From assembly GCA_037139975.1 (NCBI GenBank), contig JBAXFJ010000002.1:24373-88372 (forward strand): 64,000 nucleotides of DNA. The letters are read 5' to 3'. Of this stretch, positions 1 through 8,753 are shown one piece after another. The DNA comes from a bacterium. Its GTDB lineage: Bacteria > Patescibacteriota > Minisyncoccia > Phycocordibacterales > SBAW01. The first letter of the stretch is position 1. Each line of letters starts with the position of its first letter. The position numbers were made by a program, and so were the translations under genes. Below the pieces are notes generated by a model. The model was not told the origin of the DNA, ran no database searches, and saw only the letters and a program-made list of their open reading frames with translations.

Positions 1-899
1 AGAACGGGGAAGTGCAGAACCTTTCCATCTTTCTGAGTCACCACCACCTCTTTTTTATTCTCGGGCAGATACTTGCCGCCTTCGATGGTGATGGGTATCC
101 CTCGCCACGCAAATGTACAAGAAAACTCTGTTTCGGTCTTGGAGCTGGGCGCGACCCCGGGAATGTCTTGGTATCCCGCATATTGCTCGTGCGAACTGTG
201 TTCCGCAGGGGCGCCAAGCTCTTCAAGGAAATCAACCCTGTTTTGCATGAGCGTCACTGCCAGCATCTCCAGCAGGTGGTTTTGGCCCACGTCGCGCAAG
301 GCTCCCACGGCATCGTACGAGGCGCCGCGCTTTTCGACTCCGTCTGTTTCGCAAAAATACGCTTCTACTTTTTGTATCAATTCAAGTGAGATGTTCTTGA
401 GCCGTAAAGATTCTTTTGCCAGGTAGTGGTCGACACGGTAGATCTGGCTTTCGTTGAAGCTGCGATGCAGTACGGCACTCAACCGCGCGGCCTCGGTGCC
501 CGAGAGGCCAAAGGGCTTTTCGATCATCAGCTTCATCTGCTCGGGGTTTTTTGACTCGGCAGCCAAGTGTGCCAGGTGTTCGAAAATAGTGGGGTAGAGC
601 GCAGGTGAAGTTGAAATATAAAATATTTTTTGTGCGGGGCCGAATGAGTCCAGTAATTCTTTTAGTTGTGTGTAGGTTTCTGGCTCGCCTGCGTCGCCCT
701 GAATGTGACAAAAGCTTTCGCCAAAGAGCGTTTGCATCTCGTCTGCGGGGCGGCGCGAGATGCCGATTATCTTAAAATTGTCGGGCAGCTCTTTTTTCTC
801 ACGGAGTTTCAAAATTGCAGGCACAATCTTGCGCTTCATCAGCTCGCCCGTAATCCCAAAGGCAATAAAGACAAGTGGGGTGCTTGGTTTTTGCGGCAT
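1..899 (-). CDS. zwf: glucose-6-phosphate 1-dehydrogenase, partial (N-terminal ~299 aa; continues past window start)
   Basis: Reverse-strand translation from ATG at 899 runs open to position 1. It contains G6PD motifs AFGITGELMKRK (NADP-binding), EKPFGLS (catalytic EKPFG) and RVDHYLAKE (IDHYLGKE). Missing from the ORF track because it has no stop inside the window. Confidence 0.75.
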   Translation of the reverse strand, partial: MPQKPSTPLVFIAFGITGELMKRKIVPAILKLREKKELPDNFKIIGISRRPADEMQTLFGESFCHIQGDAGEPETYTQLKELLDSFGPAQKIFYISTSPALYPTIFEHLAHLAAESKNPEQMKLMIEKPFGLSGTEAARLSAVLHRSFNESQIYRVDHYLAKESLRLKNISLELIQKVEAYFCETDGVEKRGASYDAVGALRDVGQNHLLEMLAVTLMQNRVDFLEELGAPAEHSSHEQYAGYQDIPGVAPSSKTETEFSCTFAWRGIPITIEGGKYLPENKKEVVVTQKDGKVLHFPV

Positions 900-957
900 C
901 ACACCAGTATATACGGTTTGGAAAAGAAAAAGGCCCCAACATGTGGGGCGCTTGAGG

Positions 958-1557
958 CTAGTTTGGGACGAGATGGTCGAGTATTTCACCCCAGTTGTTT
1001 ACGCGGAGCATACCCTTGGGCATTTCCCAACCAAAGTTCAGTGGTTGGGTGAAGATCAAGGTTACTATACCCAACTTCTCGAACACGTCCTTGACGTTGT
1101 GTACCCCATCGTCGATGAAGACACGGGCCCCAATAGCACGGCATATATCCGACTTGGGCCTCGAATTATGGTCAAGGTGGTGAGCGCTAAGGAAGTGCAT
1201 GTGCGTGAACAAGCGCGGGTAGTGGCGGTTGACCCACGCCGCGGTCATGTTGCGCACCACTTCGGGCCGCGCAGTCACGATATGTAATTCGTAGTGCTCG
1301 GCGAGAATCTGGAGCGCTTCCAGCGCTCCCTCCATCGGCGTCGCTTCCGTATGGTGCTCTGACCTGAAGAACAAGTCGAGCCGGCGCGCCGTTTCTTCAG
1401 AAGTGCAATCCCAAGAAATGTCGAGATTGAAACTCGGCATCTTCTCGGGTGTGTGGTTGGTGCCAAAGTGCGCGTTGTGGAAGCGACACAGGGCCGCGCA
1501 CGTTTCCTTCAGCACGTCGTCCAAATCGAGGGCGAGTGCTGGTTTTTGACTTGGCAT
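958..1557 (-). CDS. HAD-superfamily 5'(3')-deoxyribonucleotidase-like hydrolase
   Basis: ORF 958..1593. Start moved to the Met before ALALDLDDVL, which matches the HAD motif I (DxDx[TV][LV]). ~200 aa, similar length to NT5C-type nucleotidases. Confidence 0.55.
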   Translation of the reverse strand: MPSQKPALALDLDDVLKETCAALCRFHNAHFGTNHTPEKMPSFNLDISWDCTSEETARRLDLFFRSEHHTEATPMEGALEALQILAEHYELHIVTARPEVVRNMTAAWVNRHYPRLFTHMHFLSAHHLDHNSRPKSDICRAIGARVFIDDGVHNVKDVFEKLGIVTLIFTQPLNFGWEMPKGMLRVNNWGEILDHLVPN

Positions 1558-1620
1558 GTTGGAACTCCTGTTGCTTCTAATGCAACTGTACAAGAAAATA
1601 AAAAAGAATGTAACTAGAAA

Positions 1621-2487
1621 TCAAACCCGCTCTATCTTACCCAGCCGTTCCAAAATCAAACCTCTAATCAGTAAAGAAGAAAGGGCAATCGAGGCGTCTT
1701 GGGCGGATATTTCAGCGCGCTCGAGGAGTTCGTCGCGGACCAGGGCGTCGACCGCGGTCAGGGCGGTCAGGATTTTGGTTTCAGGAATGGTTAGGTCGGT
1801 CGGGAGTGTGCCTTGCACTGGCTCGCGCGCTTTGAGCCCAAGCGCTTCCAAAATATCTTCACTATTGCGCACCAGCGTCGCGCCCTCGCGGATGAGCGCG
1901 TTGACCCCCGCGCCGGTCTCGCGGCCGAGCTCGTGCGGCACGCAAAGCACCTCGCGGTTATATTCCATAGCCAAGCGTGCGGTAATGAGCGTGCCCGACT
2001 TTTCACCCGCCTCGACAATCAACGTGACTTTGCTCATGCCCGCACTCACGCGGTTGCGCTGGGGGAACGAGTGTAGCATTGCCACAAAGTCGTGAGGGTT
2101 CTCTGAAAGCAGCGCGCTTTCAGCTTTCAAAATCCGCTCGGCGAGCGGGCGGTTCATCCGCGGGTAGATCACGTCGCTGTCCAAACCAGAAGGGAGCACG
2201 GCCACGGTGGGTAGCCCCACGTCGAGCGCGGCTTTGTGCGCCTCGCTATCAATCCCCAAAGCCATCCCCGAGACAATAGCGACGGGGTAGCCAGCCAAAC
2301 CTGCCACCAGCTTGGCAGTCATGCGCCGGCCATATTGGGTGCATGAACGCGAACCGACCACGCACACATATATAGTATCCGGCGGCGGCATCACCCCACG
2401 AAAGGCCAGCGCCTGTGGGCAGTCGGGGATCTCACTCAGCAGGGCGGGGAAGTCTGCGCGGCGCAGTTGTTGAATAGGCCAATTCAT
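1621..2487 (-). CDS. dprA: DNA processing protein DprA (Smf)
   Basis: 288 aa with a Rossmann-like DprA core: VVGSRSCTQYG, GMALGIDSEAHKAAL, EAGEKSGTLITARLA. Confidence 0.85.
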   Translation of the reverse strand: MNWPIQQLRRADFPALLSEIPDCPQALAFRGVMPPPDTIYVCVVGSRSCTQYGRRMTAKLVAGLAGYPVAIVSGMALGIDSEAHKAALDVGLPTVAVLPSGLDSDVIYPRMNRPLAERILKAESALLSENPHDFVAMLHSFPQRNRVSAGMSKVTLIVEAGEKSGTLITARLAMEYNREVLCVPHELGRETGAGVNALIREGATLVRNSEDILEALGLKAREPVQGTLPTDLTIPETKILTALTAVDALVRDELLERAEISAQDASIALSSLLIRGLILERLGKIERV

Positions 2488-2502
2488 TATATTCTAGTAT
2501 AC

Positions 2503-3777
2503 ATGTTGGATATAAAGTTCATCCGGGAGAATATCGACGCGGTCAAAGCGGGCGCCAAGAAAAAGCACGTCGAAGTCGACCTCGACCGGCTCCTCGTGGT
2601 TGATGAAAAACGCCGCGCACTTTTGGGCGAGGTCGAGGCTATGCGCGCACAGCAAAACGAAGTCTCAAATAAAATCACCATCGCGACGCCTGAAGCACGC
2701 CAAACCTTTATCGACGAGATGCGTGTGGTCAAAGAAAAACTCCAAGGCAAAGAAAAAGAGCTCGAAGAGGTAACAAAAGAATGGCAGCTCTTGATGGTGC
2801 AGGTGCCAAACATTCCCGATCTCTCGGTCTCGGATGGCGACTCTGACGCCGACAATGTCGAGGTCAAAAAGTGGGGAACCATTCCTGAATTTGCTTTCAC
2901 TCCCAAGAGCCACGTCGAGCTGATGCAGAATTTGGACATGGCTGACTTCGAGCGCGGGACCAAAGCGGCGGGCTTCCGCGGCTATTTCCTCAAAGGCGAT
3001 GGCGCGCTCCTCAACTTCGCTGTATGGCAGTTCGTGCTCAATCACTTTGTCGAGAAGGGCGGCTTCACCCCGATGATCGTGCCCAGTCTCGTCAAGCGCG
3101 TGGCCTTTCTGGGCACCGGCTACTTGCCCCAAGGCGAAGAAGATTTGTATAAAACCCAAGACGAAGACTTTTTGGCTGGCACGGGCGAGGTAGCCACCAT
3201 GTCCTACTATATGAACGAAGTCATCGATGCGGCGCAGTTCCCTATAAAGTTCTTAGCCTTTTCACCCTGCTTCCGCCGCGAGGCAGGCAGTCATGGCAAA
3301 GACACCAAAGGTATCATGCGCGTGCACGAGTTCTTCAAATTCGAGCAAGTCGTCCTCTGCGAAGCGTCTCACGAAACCTCGGTGAAGTATCATGAAGAGC
3401 TCACCCAAAACGCCCAAGACCTCCTCGAACGCCTAAACATTCCCTACCACGTGGTGGTCAACTGCGGTGGCGACTTAGGATTGGGGCAGGTCAAGAAATA
3501 TGACATCGAGTCGTGGGTGCCGTCGGAAGGGAAGTATCGCGAAACGCATTCGTCGTCATACTTCCACGACTTCCAAACCCGCCGGCTCAACATCCGCTAC
3601 CGCGATGGGGACGGCACCTTGCAGTACGCACACTCTTTAAACAACACAGCGCTCGCCACCCCGCGCGTCCTCATCTCAATCATCGAAAACAACCAAAACG
3701 AAGATGGTTCCATAACCATTCCCGAGGTTCTCAGACCATATATGGGGGGAAGGGAGAGGATAGAGAAGAGAGTCTAG
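2503..3777 (+). CDS. serS: seryl-tRNA synthetase
   Basis: Start MLDIKFIRENIDAV aligns with the SerRS N-terminal coiled-coil. Class II motifs FSPCFRREAGSHGKDTKGIMRVHEF and LNNTALATPRVLISIIENNQ. Confidence 0.9.
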   Translation: MLDIKFIRENIDAVKAGAKKKHVEVDLDRLLVVDEKRRALLGEVEAMRAQQNEVSNKITIATPEARQTFIDEMRVVKEKLQGKEKELEEVTKEWQLLMVQVPNIPDLSVSDGDSDADNVEVKKWGTIPEFAFTPKSHVELMQNLDMADFERGTKAAGFRGYFLKGDGALLNFAVWQFVLNHFVEKGGFTPMIVPSLVKRVAFLGTGYLPQGEEDLYKTQDEDFLAGTGEVATMSYYMNEVIDAAQFPIKFLAFSPCFRREAGSHGKDTKGIMRVHEFFKFEQVVLCEASHETSVKYHEELTQNAQDLLERLNIPYHVVVNCGGDLGLGQVKKYDIESWVPSEGKYRETHSSSYFHDFQTRRLNIRYRDGDGTLQYAHSLNNTALATPRVLISIIENNQNEDGSITIPEVLRPYMGGRERIEKRV

Positions 3778-4064
3778 ATCAAAAGTGGGAGAAATATCCG
3801 CTTTAGGGCGCAATGTGAAGCAGAAAAATATATTTTTTGCAAAGTTTGAATATTTTTTAGCACTTTTTGATACTTTTTTACACAAAGCAGTTGATTTTTG
3901 TATAAAAAGTTCTCGAGTGTCTTATACACAGGCAAAAGCCCCCCACTTCTGGGTAGAAACAAGTACAAAGGAGTACAATAAAGTCGTATCCCTAGCAAGC
4001 TGGGTACCTTTTTCTAGATCATTGAAAAATTGAAAATGTTCACCGCAACCTCGTGAGAGGGCGG

Positions 4065-4082
4065 GGTGTACGCGCGTACACC
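4065..4082. repeat. perfect 18-bp palindrome GGTGTACGCGCGTACACC in the serS-tRNA intergenic region
   Basis: Exact self-complementary sequence, seen directly in the sequence. Confidence 0.7.
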
Positions 4083-4273
4083 ATTATTAGCGATAACCAT
4101 ATTAATAGTATGGAATATAACTACCGTAGTAGCGTCACTGGGAGGTACGTGAAGGAAGGCTATGCCGACCGTCACCCAAACACCACCGAACGTGAACGAC
4201 GCCAGTAATTTGGTAGCCGCCTACCCAAACAGGGTAGCGGTGAACATTTTCAAAGCCCAACTGTTTTAAGAGT

Positions 4274-4394
4274 TGGGCGCAGGAAGTAACAAAAGCTTTC
4301 CGGCCTCCGTAGTTCAATGGATAGAATACCGCGATTCGTACCGGGTGATTCAGGTCCGATTCCTGGCGGGGGCACCAATTACTTCCTGCGCCCA
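4274..4394 (+). repeat. perfect 15-16-bp inverted repeat (TGGGCGCAGGAAGTAA / TTACTTCCTGCGCCCA) clasping the tRNA-like element
   Basis: 4274-4289 and 4379-4394 are exact reverse complements. They lie 13 nt upstream and 1 nt downstream of the tRNA-like sequence. Confidence 0.8.
4303..4377 (+). tRNA. tRNA-like sequence with degenerate anticodon stem (possible pseudo-tRNA or unusual tRNA; anticodon ambiguous, TCG if loop ATTCGTA)
   Basis: Acceptor GCCTCCG/CGGGGGC pairs 7/7 with one GU. D-arm GTTC-AATGGATA-GAAT has the conserved GG. T-arm TCAGG-TCCGATT-CCTGG. Discriminator A plus encoded CCA. The anticodon stem CCGCG/CCGGG has two mismatches, and the T-loop reads TCC rather than TTC. Confidence 0.4.
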
Positions 4395-4745
4395 GTTCTC
4401 AAATTTAAAAGTGCAAGAACACAAAAAATCCTCCAACTACTTAGAGGGCTAATTTTCTCGTTAAATCATTTAATAACATTACTTTGACAATAATTCTCGA
4501 CCTTTTCTATGTGTGCCGTGCTGTTGTTTAGGTTCGACACTACTTTTGCTCCTCCTGCTAATATTACTTCAGGCCGGCTAATTTCACAACGTGACATAAG
4601 GTGGATAACTAAAGATGAAGCGTTCAATAATAAGGATTTCTTATCGTATAAGTGTGATCTAGTGTCACCTTTTGCATCACATCGGTTGCTTCCACTATTG
4701 GTGAGAGCTTGCGAAAGTTTTTACAAACAAAGTAAAAACCATAAA

Positions 4746-4979
4746 ATGTCCCACCCATTTGCAGCGATGTTTGAGAAGGCGTTGAGGAAGAGTAGGGGCG
4801 AAGCCCAGGGCCAGGAAAATTTGGTATTGGAAGAGGCGCGGGGGTTGCACAAAAAGGGGTACAGCCCACAAGAGATTTATGAGGTGCTGGCCAAGTTGCA
4901 CCGCGAGCTACTCGCCCCCGCAGACCTCGAGTTGGTGGGCGAAGCGCTCGACGAATTCGCGACGTATATAGGGGATTAG
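4746..4979 (+). CDS. hypothetical small protein (77 aa)
   Basis: GC-rich 3' part of ORF 4509..4979 (MSHPFAAMFEKALRKS...EALDEFATYIGD). The upstream part is AT-rich and probably non-coding. Confidence 0.3.
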   Translation: MSHPFAAMFEKALRKSRGEAQGQENLVLEEARGLHKKGYSPQEIYEVLAKLHRELLAPADLELVGEALDEFATYIGD

Positions 4980-5266
4980 TGTATGGGGTAGGGGCAAAGG
5001 CATCGTATACTGTTGCTATGGAAAATGAATCAAATGAATCGTCCGAGATGGCGCGGGTGATAGAGCAGCTCGAGCTGGCAAACCAGCAGTTGGCCAAACA
5101 AAATTCGTTTAAGCGGATGTTTGCGGTCGGCATTGTCTATGGCATAGGCTTTTTTGTTGGTTCGGCGATTTTGGCCACCATCGCGCTGGGCATCATTGGC
5201 CCCTATGTTGGCAAAATCGGCTGGGTGCGCCAGTCATTCCAAACGGGCTCGGAGCTCAAGCGGTAA
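4979..5266 (+). CDS. hypothetical small membrane protein (coiled-coil + 1 TM)
   Basis: ORF with TM segment FAVGIVYGIGFFVGSAILATIALGIIGPYVG. The start overlaps the previous stop. Confidence 0.35.
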   Translation: MYGVGAKASYTVAMENESNESSEMARVIEQLELANQQLAKQNSFKRMFAVGIVYGIGFFVGSAILATIALGIIGPYVGKIGWVRQSFQTGSELKR

Positions 5267-5402
5267 TAGTAAAAAGAATTATTATTGAGAAGACTCGCTA
5301 CTATTTTGCAGAAGGTGGTGTCAGCTACACTCCTATTTTAAATTAAAAAATGCTTGTTTTACTGGGTCAAGGCATAATTTGCCTTATGTTTATTGGTTTT
5401 TT

Positions 5403-5433
5403 TTGCCACATACACCAAAAAGTATGGTATAGT
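5403..5433 (+). promoter_or_regulatory. candidate sigma70-type promoter (TTGCCA ... TGgTATAGT extended -10) upstream of the rlpA-like gene
   Basis: TTGCCA at 5403-5408 and TGgTATAGT at 5425-5433, ~80 nt upstream of the CDS start. Confidence 0.3.
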
Positions 5434-5513
5434 ACTGGTAGAGGAGCTTGAAAACGCCCACAGCCTTTGTGCGGGCACCTTCAAACTCCTCCCCACTGTA
5501 ATGGAGTAAGGTA

Positions 5514-5960
5514 TTGTTACGTTTTCTGTGTGTGTTGGCGTGCGTGCTGTGCAGCCCTGTTTTGGGTGCTGCGTGTGCGGCAGATGCGTCAAAAAAGTCA
5601 GTCTATACCACGGCAACGTGGTATGACTATAACGAAGGGCCGAAGCGGAGGATGGCAAACGGTGAAGTATTCGACAAAACCAAGCCGACGATTGCCCACG
5701 CCACTCTTCCACTCAACACACGAGCTTGGCTTGTAAATGTGAATGATCCAACCAAATCTATCGAGGTTGTGGTCGCCGACCGTCAAGCACGGTGGGTCCG
5801 GCAAGGTTGGCCCAACCGCGCAGTTGATGCAAATCTGCACGTCGCTCGGGCGCTTGGTTTTGGTCCTGGCGCAAACAAAGACTTGCTTCGTATTCGGGTC
5901 GAAGTGCTTTCTCTTCCTGTGGGGCACGCGCCCCCGAGCCGACGCAAAAGCAGCGGCTGA
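5514..5960 (+). CDS. RlpA-like double-psi beta-barrel (DPBB) lipoprotein/secreted protein
   Basis: N-terminal signal peptide. TATWYDYNEG...ANGEVFD...TIAHATLPLNTRAWLVNVNDPTKSIEVVVADRQ matches the RlpA DPBB pattern (ASWYG...TA.GE.fd...AAH..LP..t.v.V.N..NG.sv.vrI.DRGP). Confidence 0.6.
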   Translation: MLRFLCVLACVLCSPVLGAACAADASKKSVYTTATWYDYNEGPKRRMANGEVFDKTKPTIAHATLPLNTRAWLVNVNDPTKSIEVVVADRQARWVRQGWPNRAVDANLHVARALGFGPGANKDLLRIRVEVLSLPVGHAPPSRRKSSG

Positions 5961-5988
5961 CGGTATGTAGTGTTCTTTCCGCCCACAT

Positions 5989-6028
5989 GGCGAGCTCCCT
6001 TCCGTTGGGCTCGCCATTTTTCTTTTTT
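5989..6028 (+). terminator. rho-independent terminator after the rlpA-like gene
   Basis: GGCGAGC-13 nt loop-GCTCGCC followed by ATTTTTCTTTTTT. Confidence 0.7.
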
Positions 6029-6051
6029 AGATGAGGTAGAATAGAAAGTAT

Positions 6052-6918
6052 ATGGTCCGAGCAATCCCAGAGTCACGGCTGCGCGAGCGGCGCCGCAGGC
6101 GCCGCGCCTTTGCGCTTGGTCTTTTGTGTGCGTCGACTGTTTTGTTGTGTGTTGGTTTTGTGGCGCTTTCGCACGTGGCATTTTTGCGAGTCACTTCCGT
6201 TACGGTGTCGGGCACCAATGATGGTTTAGCAGAGCAGATACAAGCTTTTGTTAAAAGTAAAATGTCGGGCGCATACTTGCACCTCTTTGCGCGGGACAAC
6301 ATATTGCTGTACCCAAAAAGCAGCATAACCAAAGACCTGTCTGTTCAATTTCCTGAATTAAGAGATGTATGGGTGCGCACGGCAGACGTGCACCACGTTG
6401 AAGTCAGCGTGACCGAACGTCGGCCTGTTGCGCTGTGGTGCGACTCTGGGGTCGGGTCTCAATCCCAATCTCAGTCTTTGTCGGTCTCACCGTTTTTGTC
6501 GCAAGACACGTGTTTTTTCCTTGATGAAAATGGCCTTGCATACAAAGCTGTCGGCGACACCCCCACAACAAACTATCAAAAATATTTTGGCCCTGCCGCA
6601 ACAACCACGCTTCCCCGACAATATCTGACGCCCGATCAGTTTGTGTCGCTGTTTGCATTTGTTCAAGCGCTTGGTGGCAAGGTGCCGAACGAAACCATCG
6701 CTCACGTTTCTGTGGGTGGGCAGGGGAATGCGAATATTTCTTTTGCCAGCGGATTTGAGGTGCGCTTCTTACTCAGCGACAATGCGGGGGATGTGTTGCA
6801 GCGGTTTGTGTTGGCGCAAACAGCGGCACCATTTAGCACGCACAAGCTTTCTGACTTTTCCTATCTTGACCTGCGCTTTGGTGACAAGATTTACTATAAA
6901 TTAAAGGCGACTCCTTAG
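6052..6918 (+). CDS. cell-division protein FtsQ/DivIB-like (POTRA domain)
   Basis: Arg-rich N-terminus, a single TM (FALGLLCASTVLLCVGFVAL), then VTSVTVSGTN...VHHVEVSVTERRPVALW, which resembles the FtsQ POTRA pattern (v.G...v....P.a.W). Confidence 0.5.
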   Translation: MVRAIPESRLRERRRRRRAFALGLLCASTVLLCVGFVALSHVAFLRVTSVTVSGTNDGLAEQIQAFVKSKMSGAYLHLFARDNILLYPKSSITKDLSVQFPELRDVWVRTADVHHVEVSVTERRPVALWCDSGVGSQSQSQSLSVSPFLSQDTCFFLDENGLAYKAVGDTPTTNYQKYFGPAATTTLPRQYLTPDQFVSLFAFVQALGGKVPNETIAHVSVGGQGNANISFASGFEVRFLLSDNAGDVLQRFVLAQTAAPFSTHKLSDFSYLDLRFGDKIYYKLKATP

Positions 6919-6953
6919 CTTTGGAAGGTGTTGCCTTGGTGTGGTAGTGTCAG

Positions 6954-7958
6954 TTGATGCAAACCTTTTGGGACAAACTACCAAAGCCGTTTTTTGTATT
7001 AGCGCCGCTGGCCAACGTGACCGATGCGGCTTTTCGGCGCATGGTTGCAAAGTATGGCAAACCAGATGTGCTGTGGACCGAATTTGTCTCGGCCGACGGT
7101 CTGTGCCTGGCCAGTGCGGAGGGCAAGGCAAAGCTTATGCGTGACCTCGACTTCACCGAGACCGAACGACCCATCGTGGCACAGTTTTTCACCAGCAACC
7201 CCGAACGCATGGAGCAAGTCGCGCGCTTGGCGCGTGAGCTTGGGTTTGATGGTGTCGATATCAACATGGGCTGTCCCGACAAAACAATTGAGAAGCAAGG
7301 CGCAGGCGCAAAGCTCATCACACACCCCGCGCTTGCAGCAGAGCTCATCCGTGCCGCCAAGCGCGGGGCGGGCTCGGACTCGGGTGGCATCCCTGTGTCG
7401 GTCAAAACGCGCCTGGGTTACAATAAAGACGTTTTGGACGAGTGGCTGCCAGTTATTTTGGCTGAAGAGCCAGCCGCGGTGACCATACACGCGCGCACAC
7501 GCAAAGAGATGTCAAAAGTTGCTGCTCATTGGGAGCGGGTCGCGCGTGCGGTTGAGATTCGCGATGAATTGCAAAAAGATTCTGACAAAAAAACTTTAAT
7601 AATCGGCAATGGCGATGTAAAGACTGTTGCTGAAGCAAAGTTGCAAGCAGAGGAATCGGATGCCGACGGCGTGATGATTGGGCGCGGCATCTTTGGCGCG
7701 CCGTGGCTCTTTGGTCCAGAACATTCTCTTTCGCTTCCGCCTCTCGACGTTCGTCTGCGCATCGCGGTCGAGCATGCCTATTTGTTTGAAGAGTTGCTGG
7801 GAGACATTAAAAACTTTGCGCTCATGAAAAAGCACTTCAGGGTCTATGTTGAAGGCTTCCCCGGCGCGCGCGAGCTGCGCACGAGTCTAATGGAAACAAA
7901 CACGGCTGCTGAAGTGGAAAAGTTGATAGAAGAATTTTTGCAGACAGGAGTATACTAA
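6954..7958 (+). CDS. dus: tRNA-dihydrouridine synthase
   Basis: LAPLANVTDAAFRRM, GVDINMGCPDKTIEKQGAGAKL and VSVKTRLGY are Dus TIM-barrel motifs. Confidence 0.85.
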   Translation: MMQTFWDKLPKPFFVLAPLANVTDAAFRRMVAKYGKPDVLWTEFVSADGLCLASAEGKAKLMRDLDFTETERPIVAQFFTSNPERMEQVARLARELGFDGVDINMGCPDKTIEKQGAGAKLITHPALAAELIRAAKRGAGSDSGGIPVSVKTRLGYNKDVLDEWLPVILAEEPAAVTIHARTRKEMSKVAAHWERVARAVEIRDELQKDSDKKTLIIGNGDVKTVAEAKLQAEESDADGVMIGRGIFGAPWLFGPEHSLSLPPLDVRLRIAVEHAYLFEELLGDIKNFALMKKHFRVYVEGFPGARELRTSLMETNTAAEVEKLIEEFLQTGVY

Positions 7959-7976
7959 ATACGCGTCCTATAATAA

Positions 7977-8300
7977 ATGTATATGGCTGAAGTAGTACAC
8001 GCAGATATTTTCTTTTTCATCACCAGCGTCGCGGTGGTGTTGCTGACAGCGGGTGTGCTTGTGGCACTCTACTTTTTTATCGGCATCTTGCGCGACGTGC
8101 GCGCGGTGGCAGCCAAGGTGCGCAAAGCCAGCGACGAACTCGAGCGCGACTTCGAGCGTTTGCGTGGCGAGGTCAAGGCCGAAGGTATGCGGATGAAAAC
8201 CGTGTTCGATGTTTTTTTGGGATTTTTGCAACGTCACATGACCCGCACCGCCTCTGCCGTCGCATCAAAACGACGCAAAAAGTCGCCCGAATCTGACTAG
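7977..8300 (+). CDS. hypothetical small membrane protein
   Basis: 107-aa ORF with one TM followed by a charged coiled-coil tail. Confidence 0.35.
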   Translation: MYMAEVVHADIFFFITSVAVVLLTAGVLVALYFFIGILRDVRAVAAKVRKASDELERDFERLRGEVKAEGMRMKTVFDVFLGFLQRHMTRTASAVASKRRKKSPESD

Positions 8301-8348
8301 GAGTCATGTTTCGTGCCGTGATCCGAAAGTCTGCTATACTGGGCGCAT

Positions 8349-8753
8349 ATGATACAAAATAAAAAAGTGGCAGCGGGTGCAGGCAAGGATGCGACAGGTG
8401 TGGGGGGTGCGGGGGCGCAACTTGGTCTGGCGGCGATAGTGGCCGCGATGGCAGGCGCCGCAGGTGCGTATTGGCTCTATGGTTCACCCGACGCATCCAA
8501 GCACCGCAAGTCGGTTAAAAGCTTTATGCTCAAGAGTCGTGCAGATGTGCTCGCTGCAGTTGAAAAAGCAAAAGACCTCGACAAACAAACCTATCTGAAC
8601 ATTGTTGATGGCGTAGTCAAAAAATATGCAACCGTGTCTGGCATCACGACGGCCGAGGTAGCGCAGATGACCAAAGACCTCAGAGCAACCTGGACCCATA
8701 TGCAGGCGGTGGCAGCAAAACATGGCAAAACAACCACAAAAGCCCGAAGATAA
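8349..8753 (+). CDS. hypothetical protein (Gly/Ala-rich N-terminus with TM)
   Basis: 134-aa ORF whose end overlaps the dnaX start. Confidence 0.35.
   Translation: MIQNKKVAAGAGKDATGVGGAGAQLGLAAIVAAMAGAAGAYWLYGSPDASKHRKSVKSFMLKSRADVLAAVEKAKDLDKQTYLNIVDGVVKKYATVSGITTAEVAQMTKDLRATWTHMQAVAAKHGKTTTKARR

Noticed and set aside
4140-4200. Possible SRP (4.5S) RNA, suggested by the motif ...GTGAAGGAAGGCTATGCC
   Set aside because: Only a loose resemblance to the GGAAGGAAGCAGCC domain-IV motif. The conserved GNRA loop and symmetric internal-loop context, and the paired 5'/3' ends, are not present.
4135-4317. 60-aa minus-strand ORF over the structured intergenic region upstream of the tRNA-like element
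   Set aside because: It overlaps the tRNA-like sequence and palindromic hairpins, and has no coding signal.
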